Assembly: GCA_963662665.2 (NCBI GenBank)
Contig: CAXXJS010000061.1
Location: 64,001-128,000, forward strand
Direction: 5' to 3'
DNA: 64,000 bases
Source of the DNA: Candidatus Latescibacterota bacterium
Lineage (GTDB): Bacteria; Latescibacterota; UBA2968; GCA-2709665
The notes below the pieces were generated by a model. It had not been told where the DNA came from. It searched no databases and saw only the letters and a list, made by a program, of their open reading frames with translations. Below, piece after piece: positions 1-8,933 of the stretch (position 1 is its first letter; each line of letters begins with the position of its first letter). A program made the translations under genes and the position numbers.

Positions 1-2
1 AT

Positions 3-290
3 TTCCTGAACTCGAGGTTCGAGAATCGAGGCTCACGAATTCAGGAGATGGTTGATGCGGTTGATTCCCGACTGTGGCGGAACAATTGTAATATCTCCTT
101 TGACCGGGCGCCAGAGGCGACAGAGCATCAGAAAGCTCTCTACGCCTTTGCAAGGCAGATGATCGACAATCCACTTCAATCGTTTGACAGTGCCAGGTAT
201 CCGATGCCACCCGGGCATCTTGAGTTTCTGAACATTCAAGAGGCTTTGCTGAAGGCGTGTCGCGACCTTGAAACGCTTTCGAACGTGTAA
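3..290 (+). CDS. 3' end of a hypothetical protein entering from outside the window
   Basis: Frame is open from position 3 (FLNSRFENRGSRIQEMVDAV...) to TAA at 288-290. Confidence 0.6.
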   Translation, partial: FLNSRFENRGSRIQEMVDAVDSRLWRNNCNISFDRAPEATEHQKALYAFARQMIDNPLQSFDSARYPMPPGHLEFLNIQEALLKACRDLETLSNV

Positions 291-338
291 CTCCGTGCCC
301 TGGGTCGGCGCATTAGATCATTCAGCTCGGAGATTGAG

Positions 339-1580
339 ATGAACATGCGAAGAAGCAACCAGTTGCTGTCGGCATCACTATTGTTGAGCGGGTTCACAAT
401 CGGCGCGAACGAGATTCCACCCTTGAATACCAACGTGCAAGAGAGGGTGACCGAGGTTGCACCGGGATTGGTTCGGACGCATATTTCCGCGGACTCGACC
501 AGCGAGGGGCTTCCCCAGAACATCCACGTGGCGCAGATAGACCTGCGGCAGTACCGATTGAAGACGGCCATGGCGATGGATCAGATCATCGGGCAGGAGG
601 CGACAAGCGACATCGCGAGGAGATACGACGCTCTTGTCGCCGTGAATGCGGGATATTCATTTTCAAACAACGCCTGGAACATCTTTCACGGAGATCCAAG
701 CGAGTTCTTTGTTCTGGATGGAAAAATCCTGAGCGAGCCAAGATCGCCCGGCCGCAGGAGCGTTGGAATCTGCACGAGGAACGACAGGCAGACCATAATT
801 GTTGCGGAACCAGTGCTGAATGTAACGGTGACAATGGATGGGAAGGAAGAAAGCGATGTGACCGGGATCAATCGGAGACGAAACGAAGTCCGTGGATGGG
901 ATAAGGTAGGAGTGGAAAAACAAGAACTCGACAAGAATGACCTCATCCTCTATACACCGGAGTGGAACCGAAGTACTCTGACCGACCGGCGAGGTGTCGA
1001 GGTGATCGTGCGGGAAGATACGGTTTCAGCGGTCCGCGTGAATGTTGGATCCAACCTAATCCCCTCAAGCGGATATATCCTGTCCGGGTCCGGCAAGTAC
1101 GCCGACTGGCTGAAGCAGCGCGCCCGTGTGGGTTCAAGGGCGGAGATCAGTTATCAGCTGACATCCCGCGAGAATCCGGAGAGCCCCCTTCCATTGGAAA
1201 ACTGTAGCTATACGAGTGCCGGAACACTGCTGATTCGAGATGGTCAGCGGTTTACCGATTACGGCAGCGAGTCCTTTGAGCCCTGGTTTTATGATCTAAG
1301 ACATCCAAGGACAGCGATAGGGATATCAAGAGACAATAACACGCTGTGGCTGATCGTAGCCGATGGGCGCCAACCCGGTCTGGCCATGGGGATGACACTT
1401 CCCGAACTCACGGATCTCCTTGTGGACCTTGGGGCGCACAATGCCTATAACCTGGACGGAGGGGGATCCAGCACGATGGTGGTCCAGGGGGAGGTAGTGA
1501 ACAGTTATTCGGATATTCACCGGGGTGGCGTACGCAAGGAACGCCGCCGATGCGATGCAATACTGGTGTTTCCACGATAG
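339..1580 (+). CDS. Secreted phosphodiester glycosidase (NAGPA-like) family protein
   Basis: Signal peptide-like N-terminus; VNAGY, HPRTAIG, DGRQ and NLDGGGS motifs. Confidence 0.85.
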   Translation: MNMRRSNQLLSASLLLSGFTIGANEIPPLNTNVQERVTEVAPGLVRTHISADSTSEGLPQNIHVAQIDLRQYRLKTAMAMDQIIGQEATSDIARRYDALVAVNAGYSFSNNAWNIFHGDPSEFFVLDGKILSEPRSPGRRSVGICTRNDRQTIIVAEPVLNVTVTMDGKEESDVTGINRRRNEVRGWDKVGVEKQELDKNDLILYTPEWNRSTLTDRRGVEVIVREDTVSAVRVNVGSNLIPSSGYILSGSGKYADWLKQRARVGSRAEISYQLTSRENPESPLPLENCSYTSAGTLLIRDGQRFTDYGSESFEPWFYDLRHPRTAIGISRDNNTLWLIVADGRQPGLAMGMTLPELTDLLVDLGAHNAYNLDGGGSSTMVVQGEVVNSYSDIHRGGVRKERRRCDAILVFPR

Positions 1581-1624
1581 GCAAGAGGGAAGCCTGACTG
1601 TCTTACAGGTTGCATGTAAACCAG

Positions 1625-1684
1625 GGGCGTCCATCCCAAACTACCGACCTGCGCCAGATCCTCGGAACATCCAGGACGTTGTGT
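1625..1684 (+). other. Decayed attC-like remnant
   Basis: cgtccatcccaaactaccgacctgcgcc resembles cgtccgtgcccggcttcggcctgcgcc of the attC at 32174; ends ggacGTTGTGT (R'-like). Confidence 0.45.
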
Positions 1685-2012
1685 GTAATTCCAGGCAGAC
1701 ACACAAAATGAGGACGTGGCGCGTTCCGCTCCAACGCGAGAAGCCAAGTTTCAAATCTCGTCGAGGCTGACCGTTAGAAAGTCGAATTCAGTCTGGCAAT
1801 CCGTGAATAATTCGACGCGCGGGATCTCGCGAATTTCGCAGTCGCGTGGCTGGAAAAACATCTCGGTTAACCGCGGTCTAGCCGCACACAGCGGTCAACA
1901 GCGGGGGCGCCCACAGCCGCCGCCAATTTCCGCGGATTGACGGGACTGCCGATTGCTTGCAACTGGTGGAATGAGGTTCCCTAGGTACGTTATAGGCGAT
2001 GGTCCGGCTACC

Positions 2013-2039
2013 GTACCGCAAACTGCCAGTTTGCGGTAC
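2013..2039. repeat. REP-like palindrome
   Basis: gtaccgcaaact-gcc-agtttgcggtac perfect hairpin. Confidence 0.6.
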
Positions 2040-2080
2040 CGGATCAAGCACATGCGGCCCTGACCGACTCATCGTCGAAT

Positions 2081-2106
2081 TGTAGGGGCGCCCCTTGTGG
2101 GCGCCC
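2081..2106 (+). repeat. GTAG-type REP element (copy 1 of 3)
   Basis: tgtaggggcgccccttgtgggcgccc; related copies at 11685 (+) and 45129 (-). Confidence 0.75.
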
Positions 2107-2221
2107 GGAAAACGACACTGACGTGAATATGTGCGTTCACATCTCGTTATAAAACAGTTATTAACAATCAATTAGTAAAGCAGAGTCAACCCAAACGAAG
2201 TACTATCAGGAGAGGTGATCA

Positions 2222-2632
2222 ATGGGTTCAAAACTGAAGAATGTCCTGGCAGTCATCGTAGGTTTTGTTGTCGGCAGTATCGCAAATATGATTCTGGTCA
2301 CGGTAGGGCCTGTTGTCATTCCACCCCCCGATGGCGTCGACGTGACCAACGTGGAATCCATCAGGTCCTCCATGCACCTTTTCGAGTTCAAGCACTTCAT
2401 CTTCCCGTTCCTTGCACATTCGCTGGGTACCCTTGTGGGCGCGTATCTGGCCGCTCTCATCGCCGCCAGTTGCAGGTTGGCAGTGGCGATGGTGGTTGGC
2501 GGACTCTTCCTGATCGGCGGCATCGTCAACGTCGTCTTGATAGGGGGGCCCGTTCTGTTCAACGTCGTGGATCTGGTTGGCGCCTACATACCGATGGCGT
2601 GGATCGGTGCGAGATTGACCCGAAGAACGTAA
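2222..2632 (+). CDS. Small multi-pass membrane protein
   Basis: RBS aggagagg; about 4 hydrophobic segments; FPFLAHSLGTLVGA. Confidence 0.8.
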   Translation: MGSKLKNVLAVIVGFVVGSIANMILVTVGPVVIPPPDGVDVTNVESIRSSMHLFEFKHFIFPFLAHSLGTLVGAYLAALIAASCRLAVAMVVGGLFLIGGIVNVVLIGGPVLFNVVDLVGAYIPMAWIGARLTRRT

Positions 2633-2703
2633 CACTCTCTGCGCCTATTTAAAGGCTCGCACCAGGGGCCCGCAACCCTGGAGCCTCGCAGCAAAACTTC
2701 ATC
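2627..2703 (+). other. Decayed attC-like remnant
   Basis: ACGTAAC overlaps the stop codon; imperfect palindrome (tctgcg/cgcagc, ccaggg/ccctgg); R' position degenerate. Confidence 0.4.
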
Positions 2704-2785
2704 GCAAAATGCGTACATGTTTCATCACGCTACTTGCATACGGTATGGTGTTGGAAACCCCCCACCGCATCAGCCGTCGCCGGTT

Positions 2786-2945
2786 CCTTCGACAGGCTCA
2801 GGGCAGCGCCTTCGACCCTTCGACAAGCTCAGGGACCGGCTCGGCTTCTGCGACTCCCCCTCAAGGGGGGAGTAATTGGTCAATCAAACGGGCGGGCGCG
2901 TTCCCTGCCACCTGTTTGGTTGCGGTTGAACATCACGAAACCGCG
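2786..2945 (+). repeat. Composite intergenic repeat (cttcgacaRgctcagg units plus ccccctcaagggggg hairpin), copy 1
   Basis: Colinear diverged copy at 22931-23105; related units near 39836 and 43091. Confidence 0.7.
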
Positions 2946-2987
2946 CCAGGAGCCTAACACAGCAGATTACACAGGAGGTTGGAAACA

Positions 2988-3383
2988 ATGGCCCGTGAGA
3001 TCGTACATCCGACAAGCGTACACTCGACGGCGGGGGTGGGGTACTCTCACGTCGCGAAGGCCGGCGACACCGTGTTTATTGCCGGTCAGATCGCCCTGGA
3101 CCCCAACGGCAATCTGGTCGGGAAGGGCGATATCGAAGCGCAGACTCACCAGGTCTACGCGAACCTTCAGGCCATCCTGGAGGAACTCGGCGGGAGTCTT
3201 GACGATATCGTCAAGTTGACGACGTACCTGACAGATCGCAGTCATCTGGATGCCTTTCGACGAGTCCGGAACCGCTTCTTCACGGACGCTTTCCCCCCGA
3301 ACACGCTGTTGTTCGTCAGCGGCCTTGCTCATCCGGATTACCTGGTGGAGATCGAAGCCGTCGCTTACCTTCCTGGCAGTTAA
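2988..3383 (+). CDS. RidA/YjgF/UK114 family protein
   Basis: YSH..., VFIAGQ, and LVEIEAVA C-terminal motif; RBS aggagg. Confidence 0.9.
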   Translation: MAREIVHPTSVHSTAGVGYSHVAKAGDTVFIAGQIALDPNGNLVGKGDIEAQTHQVYANLQAILEELGGSLDDIVKLTTYLTDRSHLDAFRRVRNRFFTDAFPPNTLLFVSGLAHPDYLVEIEAVAYLPGS

Positions 3384-3404
3384 AACCATTGATGGATAAG
3401 TGAT

Positions 3405-4349
3405 ATGGGCGTGACATCGATTGCATCCTGGAAAGGCGAAGACCTGTCGCAGGTGATGGATCTCTGGCAGCGGGTGTTCGCAGACCGGAAATACGATTTT
3501 CGGATGGATGAAGCTGGGTTCCGGCAGCGGGTCCTTGAACATCCGGATTTCAACCCGCAGGGGGCGTTCACAGCGAACGTGGAAGGCAGGGTTGTGGGGT
3601 TCGTCCTGGCGGTGGCCCCCAAGTCGGGACAGTCGGGCTACCTGAGCGTGTTGATGGTGGATTCGGACTATCGGTGTCAAGGCGTTGGGGGCAGGCTCCT
3701 GGATGCCGCGGACGGATTTCTTGCAGGACGCGGATGTCGGGAGGTGCGGATCGGATACAAGGGAAATCCGATCACATTTGCGACCGGCGTCGATATGAAG
3801 ACGCCGGCCTATACGTTCTTCCTGAATCAGGGATTCCGAAACCGCGGGTCGGTGAGTCTATTTATGGAAACGACGTTTGCCGAGTTCGAACTTCGGGAAG
3901 ATATTGAGGATTATATCGAAGACAACCGATCTCGAGGCATTCTGTTCGGGATGTGCGACGCCGGGCACCGGGAAGCGCTGTGTGCGTTCATGGAGGCGTT
4001 GTTCCCGGGCGGCTGGGAGGCTTCTGTAAAGTCATGTCTGGACGCCAATCCCCCGTATCCCGTGTTGGTTGCGACCGACGGCCCGGCGGTGGTGGGTTTT
4101 GCCGGTCCGGTCCACGTGGGAAGGGATGGAAGCGGCGGTTTTACGGGCATCGGAACGCATCCGGACTACCGGAGGGGCAAGATCGGTACGGTGCTGTTCA
4201 ATCTGATGTGTGCGGAGTTCAAGAAACGGGGTGTGGTACGCAATACGCTCCATACGGGACTGAATAACCCGGCTCAGGAGATCTATTTCGGCGCCGGGTA
4301 CCGGGTGCGCCAACTGGTGGATTATGGCCTGGTGAAGCGGTTGGGGTAA
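3405..4349 (+). CDS. Tandem GNAT acetyltransferase
   Basis: Two acetyl-CoA motifs: VDSDYRCQGVG and THPDYRRGKIG. Confidence 0.88.
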   Translation: MGVTSIASWKGEDLSQVMDLWQRVFADRKYDFRMDEAGFRQRVLEHPDFNPQGAFTANVEGRVVGFVLAVAPKSGQSGYLSVLMVDSDYRCQGVGGRLLDAADGFLAGRGCREVRIGYKGNPITFATGVDMKTPAYTFFLNQGFRNRGSVSLFMETTFAEFELREDIEDYIEDNRSRGILFGMCDAGHREALCAFMEALFPGGWEASVKSCLDANPPYPVLVATDGPAVVGFAGPVHVGRDGSGGFTGIGTHPDYRRGKIGTVLFNLMCAEFKKRGVVRNTLHTGLNNPAQEIYFGAGYRVRQLVDYGLVKRLG

Positions 4350-4374
4350 TACGGTTTCACATAGGCTTGTTGCA

Positions 4375-5607
4375 TTGGTTGAGACATTGGTGGATGGAGG
4401 CGTTATGGATTCAGCGCCACGGCGGAGGCTGTCTGGCATAGTAACCTTCTGCCTTGTCAGCCTTTCTGTTGTTGCGGCAGTTGCGGTCGTTTCTCTGGAG
4501 AAGCCCGCCGCAGAGCAGGTTGAGAATGCGAGAATGGAATCCGAAGGGAAGAACGGGCATATGAGCAAGGTTCTGGACATCCGGAGGACGGAAGTCTGGA
4601 CGCGTATCATCAGCGCGTTTCACGACATGCTTCGGGCGCCGGGGCAAACGGAATGGTCGCCCGTGCGGCTTCAGGGCGTGCTGGGCAACGCCTTCAGCTT
4701 TGAAATGAGGAAGGGCGGAGGGGACGTCTGGCAGGAGGGCAATCTGGACTGGTGGCTGGTCTTCGAGACCCGGCCGGAAGAGGGCCTGGGCTGCCGGATC
4801 CAGCGCTTTCAGGCGCGCCAGGGGGATACGGACCACGCCGAAAGCCGCAAGATCAAGGCTGCCGCCTGGGACGCCGTTCGGACAAGCATCGACCGCGGGA
4901 TACCGGCGGCAGCGTGGGCTCCCATGTCTCCCGGAGAGGATTCCGCCCGCGATTGGGGACTCCTGGTGGGTTACGACGAGGCGGACAAGACCTACGTTGT
5001 TCGGCGTCGCGGCGGGGAGTTTGGGGTTCGCTACGACGCGATCGGAGACGTCGACCCTCCCGGACTGTTCTGTGTCCTCGTCTACGGTGGCTCGGAGCAG
5101 GGCGATGTGCCAAGTACCCATATCAAGGCGCTGAGGAACGCAATCGCTTTTGCGAACGGGACGCGATACGATGCGGACAAGGCCCCCATCAAGGTGGACG
5201 CACGCGGGTTCGCGGCATTCGAACTCTGGCGGGACGTCATGGACTCGGGTGCGCGCCCCGACCCCGGTCAGCGGCATCCGAGGAGTCAAGGAATCGTAAA
5301 GGATACCCGCAGTCACGCGGGGGTACTGGCGTCGCTACGGCGCTACGCCGCAGCCTATCTGCGGGAACTCACCATGGTTTTCCCCGTGGCCGCCACCGAA
5401 CTCCGGTCGGCAGCCGGTCACTACATTCGCGTCTCCAAAGCGGCCGGCAAGCTCCATGCGATCTGCGAGCGCGCCGGTGATGTTGACATTCTTGCCGATG
5501 GGGCTCGCGCCGAAGCGAGCAGGCTCATCTCGACCGTGCTCCAGGCGGAAAGAGACGCGATTGACGGTGTAAAAGCGGCGCTCGTCCTCATTGAAGCGAC
5601 CGAGTAG
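4375..5607 (+). CDS. Hypothetical protein, possible papain-like/BtrH-N-like domain (true start may be 4561)
   Basis: Long ORF; SIDRGIPA...WGLLVGYD pattern followed by a helical C-terminus. Confidence 0.6.
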   Translation: MVETLVDGGVMDSAPRRRLSGIVTFCLVSLSVVAAVAVVSLEKPAAEQVENARMESEGKNGHMSKVLDIRRTEVWTRIISAFHDMLRAPGQTEWSPVRLQGVLGNAFSFEMRKGGGDVWQEGNLDWWLVFETRPEEGLGCRIQRFQARQGDTDHAESRKIKAAAWDAVRTSIDRGIPAAAWAPMSPGEDSARDWGLLVGYDEADKTYVVRRRGGEFGVRYDAIGDVDPPGLFCVLVYGGSEQGDVPSTHIKALRNAIAFANGTRYDADKAPIKVDARGFAAFELWRDVMDSGARPDPGQRHPRSQGIVKDTRSHAGVLASLRRYAAAYLRELTMVFPVAATELRSAAGHYIRVSKAAGKLHAICERAGDVDILADGARAEASRLISTVLQAERDAIDGVKAALVLIEATE

Positions 5608-5850
5608 ATTCAGTCGCGCAGATAGTGCTGGCAATTCCAGGATGCACGTGCAGGCAACATGACAGCGCAGAGGAAACGCAGCGTATATAGATAACGCCTA
5701 TAGTTGAAACCACTGCTGTCCCGGAATGAAGCCGTTTTTGGACAGGCGTGAGTTGAAGCAAAGACTTGGGTTGGAAAGATTGCGGAAAGATCGCTGCGAG
5801 TGTACCAGGTGATGACCGACTTCCGGAAACCACGTGTACGCCATTACTGA

Positions 5851-5879
5851 TTGCAACTGTATTGAATAATGGCTATCTT
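5851..5879 (+). promoter_or_regulatory. Sigma70-type promoter of hicBA
   Basis: TTGCAA-17 nt-TATCTT about 55 nt upstream of hicB. Confidence 0.55.
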
Positions 5880-5933
5880 TGATACGCTGGAAAGCATCAT
5901 TGCACGGAATAGCCGATTATCGGGGGCGGGGCG

Positions 5934-6155
5934 ATGAGCAATATCAAATTCAGGGTACTCATCGAACAGGATGAAGACGGCATCTTTGTGGCCGAGGTTC
6001 CCGCTCTGCCGGGTTGCATTTCGCAGGGGTCTACTCGAAAGGAAGCCCTGGTAAATGCCCAGGAAGCGATGGAGCTCTATATTGAGAGCCTGGAAGCCCA
6101 CGGGGACCCTATTCCTCCCGCGATTACGGAAGAAATCATCGAGATTGAAATTTGA
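5934..6155 (+). CDS. hicB: HicB family antitoxin (short form)
   Basis: EQDEDG.FVAEVPALPGCISQGST.EEA pattern. Confidence 0.92.
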   Translation: MSNIKFRVLIEQDEDGIFVAEVPALPGCISQGSTRKEALVNAQEAMELYIESLEAHGDPIPPAITEEIIEIEI

Positions 6156-6376
6156 GCCCGCTTCCGGTTGTCTCCGGTCGCGATGTTGTCAGTGCATTGG
6201 GAAAGATCGGCTACGAGGCCGATCGTCAACGTGGAAGCCACATCGTATTGCGACTGAATCGAAAACCGTTTCGCCGAATCGTAGTCCCCAACCACAGGCA
6301 GGTAGCCAAAGGAACTCTGCGAGCGATCATCCGTGAGTCAGGATTGACCGTGGAAGAATTTCGAGCCCTGACGTGA
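6152..6376 (+). CDS. hicA: HicA family toxin
   Basis: RQRGSH...VPNH...GTLRAI; 4-nt overlap with hicB. Confidence 0.92.
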   Translation: MSPLPVVSGRDVVSALGKIGYEADRQRGSHIVLRLNRKPFRRIVVPNHRQVAKGTLRAIIRESGLTVEEFRALT

Positions 6377-6492
6377 ACTGATTTCTAACATTGTCAATGG
6401 CAAAATTGGTACGCTTATCGTGAAAAATACACAAAACGGGGTGATGGCCGCCCCGTTATTTCTTTTAGCCATCGTTCGGATTTGTATCTCTT

Positions 6493-6579
6493 CCATAACA
6501 TCCACTCCTGCTAAATTGAACGGCTCAGGGAAGGCGTCACGACCGAGCCCGGGGTTTGCATAGCGGCGTAACGTCAGTA
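6493..6579 (+). other. Decayed attC-like remnant
   Basis: CCATAAC...tttgcatagcggcgtaacGTCAGTA, 87 bp, with an inner hairpin. Confidence 0.35.
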
Positions 6580-6613
6580 ACCAATAGTGGTGCTGATTGA
6601 GGAATAAGGAACG

Positions 6614-7294
6614 ATGGGTACGGCTTCTGACGACCACGGATGGGGAAATGAAGTCAAACCGCGTTCCGGTCACAGCGGCCGCTTCGGTATCGACAAGATA
6701 CTTAAGGAAGTCCGGCGAGGCGATTTGAATACTGTAAAGCGACACCTTAAACGTGACCCGACCCTGTTGCAGGCCAAAAGTGGCGGGCACAACCGGACGT
6801 TTCTATGGGAAGCAACGCGCGGCAATCGGGTAAATGTCGTGCGGTTTTTGTTGCGGGCGGGAGCCGATCCCAATACCCCCGGGCGGACCCGCGCGGAGAT
6901 ACCGGTGCTACTTAAACCCTACTGCATCGCGCGGCGTTATCGAAGACCTGAAATCGCCAGGATGCTGGTCAAAGCGGGTTCGGTCATGGATATCTATTCG
7001 TCGTGTTATCTGGGGGACGCCGACCGTGTTCAGCAGTGCCTCAGGGAGGAGCCAGGTCTGTTGACCAGGGAACAGGACGACGACTCCGTCTGGCGTGTGA
7101 CCCCATTGCATTATGCGGTGACGGGAGGCCACGAGCAACTCACGCGATGGCTGATCAGGGAAGGCGCACAGGTGAAGCCGTATACACGCCTATTGTGTGA
7201 TGCGGCCGTCAGGATGAAACACGAGCACCTGATCCCCATACTGGAAAAGGGGGGCGCCGACCCGGACCTGCTCAAGAGCTGGGGCGAGATCTGA
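6614..7294 (+). CDS. Ankyrin repeat protein
   Basis: FLLRAGADPN, TPLHYA, GGADP repeats. Confidence 0.85.
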   Translation: MGTASDDHGWGNEVKPRSGHSGRFGIDKILKEVRRGDLNTVKRHLKRDPTLLQAKSGGHNRTFLWEATRGNRVNVVRFLLRAGADPNTPGRTRAEIPVLLKPYCIARRYRRPEIARMLVKAGSVMDIYSSCYLGDADRVQQCLREEPGLLTREQDDDSVWRVTPLHYAVTGGHEQLTRWLIREGAQVKPYTRLLCDAAVRMKHEHLIPILEKGGADPDLLKSWGEI

Positions 7295-7525
7295 CCTCGT
7301 TGATTGCCCTGAGGAAAATCAACCTGAAGCAGTGTACCGCACGGCCAATTGGCAAAGCTGCCTCTATCGCGTTCCCATAGGGCCGATAGACGCAAACGGC
7401 GCGTCAACCGGTTGAGATGGACGTCAGCCACGATGATCGCCAGACACAATACCGGCTTCCGAATCGACAAGACTATGTAGATAGGCGTAAGGACCGAATC
7501 CAACGAGTGTTCTGCCGGAGGAAAA

Positions 7526-8098
7526 ATGACAACCCATCGCGAAGAATTGCGACCGTTCAAGACCCTTTCGCGACGCACAATTCTGGATCACGGACCCTAT
7601 CTGACTGTAGAGAGTCACACCGTACAATGGCCGGATGGACAGGTCGTCACCGACTGGCCATGGATACTCAGCCCGGACGCATCGATTGTTCTCGCGGTCG
7701 ACTCTGAGGGCAGATTTCTTTGCTTTCGACAGACGAAATACGCGGTCGAGGGAACGACTCTGGCGCCGGTAGCAGGTATGATTGAACCCGGTGAGGATCC
7801 ATTAGCGGCTGCAAAGCGTGAACTGCTCGAAGAGACCGGATTCGAAGCGGCGGAATGGTTCGCCCTTGGCAGCTACAGGGTCGACCCGAATCGCGGCGTC
7901 GGCGTTCGGCACGTGTTCCTGGCTCGTGGGGCACGGCAAGTAACTGAACCTTGCAGTGATGACCTTGAGGATCAACATCTTCTGTTTCTTTCCAGGCAGG
8001 AGTTGGAAGATGCGTTGGGCTCCGGGGAGTTCAAGATCCTGACGTGGGTTGCTGCGATTTCATTGGCGCTGCAATTCCTGGCTCGCACCGGCGAATAA
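7526..8098 (+). CDS. NUDIX hydrolase (ADP-ribose pyrophosphatase-like)
   Basis: AGMIEPGEDPLAAAKRELLEETG Nudix box. Confidence 0.92.
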   Translation: MTTHREELRPFKTLSRRTILDHGPYLTVESHTVQWPDGQVVTDWPWILSPDASIVLAVDSEGRFLCFRQTKYAVEGTTLAPVAGMIEPGEDPLAAAKRELLEETGFEAAEWFALGSYRVDPNRGVGVRHVFLARGARQVTEPCSDDLEDQHLLFLSRQELEDALGSGEFKILTWVAAISLALQFLARTGE

Positions 8099-8199
8099 GG
8101 ACTTTAAGACAAAGCCAGCAAACCCGTCGAGGGTGTCCGTTTGGATGTTACAACTCCCAAGACGCTCGTAGTCGTATGACGAGTCCGCCTGTGCTTCGG

Positions 8200-8367
8200 T
8201 CGCAGAGCCCGTCCAAGGCAGGTGCGATAAGAGTTCTCGAGAAGCTTGGATTTGCACAGGAAGGCCGTGAGCGTGAGGCTGCATATTGGTCCAATTGCCG
8301 ATGGGATAGGCTCTTGTTCGGTTTGTTAATGACTGAATTTGAGTCCAGGCATGGATCCAGGCAATGA
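8200..8367 (+). pseudogene. C-terminal fragment of a RimJ/RimL-type GNAT
   Basis: AIRVLEKLGFAQEGREREA...DRLLFGLL without the N-terminal part; start approximate. Confidence 0.65.
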
Positions 8368-8436
8368 GTGCTATTTCACGTCGGACTGCAATCGCAAACA
8401 TCCCGTTCGTTTCTCCCGTGTGGGTCGTTCGGGGCC

Positions 8437-8485
8437 GCATAGCAGATCCCTGACCCCTGCTTCGGGCACGCCGAGGACGTTAGCA
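8437..8485 (+). other. Internally deleted attC remnant
   Basis: gcatagc...gcttcgggcacgccgaggacGTTAGCA matches both ends of the attCs at 31395 and 32174, with the middle missing. Confidence 0.55.
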
Positions 8486-8528
8486 TAATTCAAGATTGAG
8501 AGTTGTCACCTTCAAAAGGAATGGGTCG

Positions 8529-8620
8529 TTGTCGATAGAATGTCCTGAGGATTTCGAGGGTCTTGCGCAGGCGGGCCAGGTGGTTGCCGCCACATTGAAA
8601 GCAATGGCGGGCGCCGTTCG
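8529..8620 (+). pseudogene. N-terminal fragment of a methionine aminopeptidase-like gene
   Basis: LSIECPEDFEGLAQAGQVVAATLKAMAGAVR after RBS aaagga; similarity then stops. Confidence 0.55.
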
Positions 8621-8933
8621 GGCCTCCTCTTGTAGAAGTACGGGGTCTGGAAGAGTTCACGAACCGGTAGCCATACCGGGAAATTTAGTTGTCGGCAGAG
8701 CGAATTTTTCGATATCGCTAATCACAAGCCTTCACCGATCGGTGGGATCTTATGCCGTCAACGAGCAAGCTTGCATGAAACCCTGATTGTGAAAAGCGCT
8801 ACGCGCAAGAGGCCATCAACTTGAGGCAGCTACTCTCAGACCAATCGGATTCAACCTCGCACATCGAGTCCCGGGTGCGGCGAATCCTCGGACTCGTCGG
8901 GGACGTGTCACCACTCACGGGCGGCTGCCGGGC

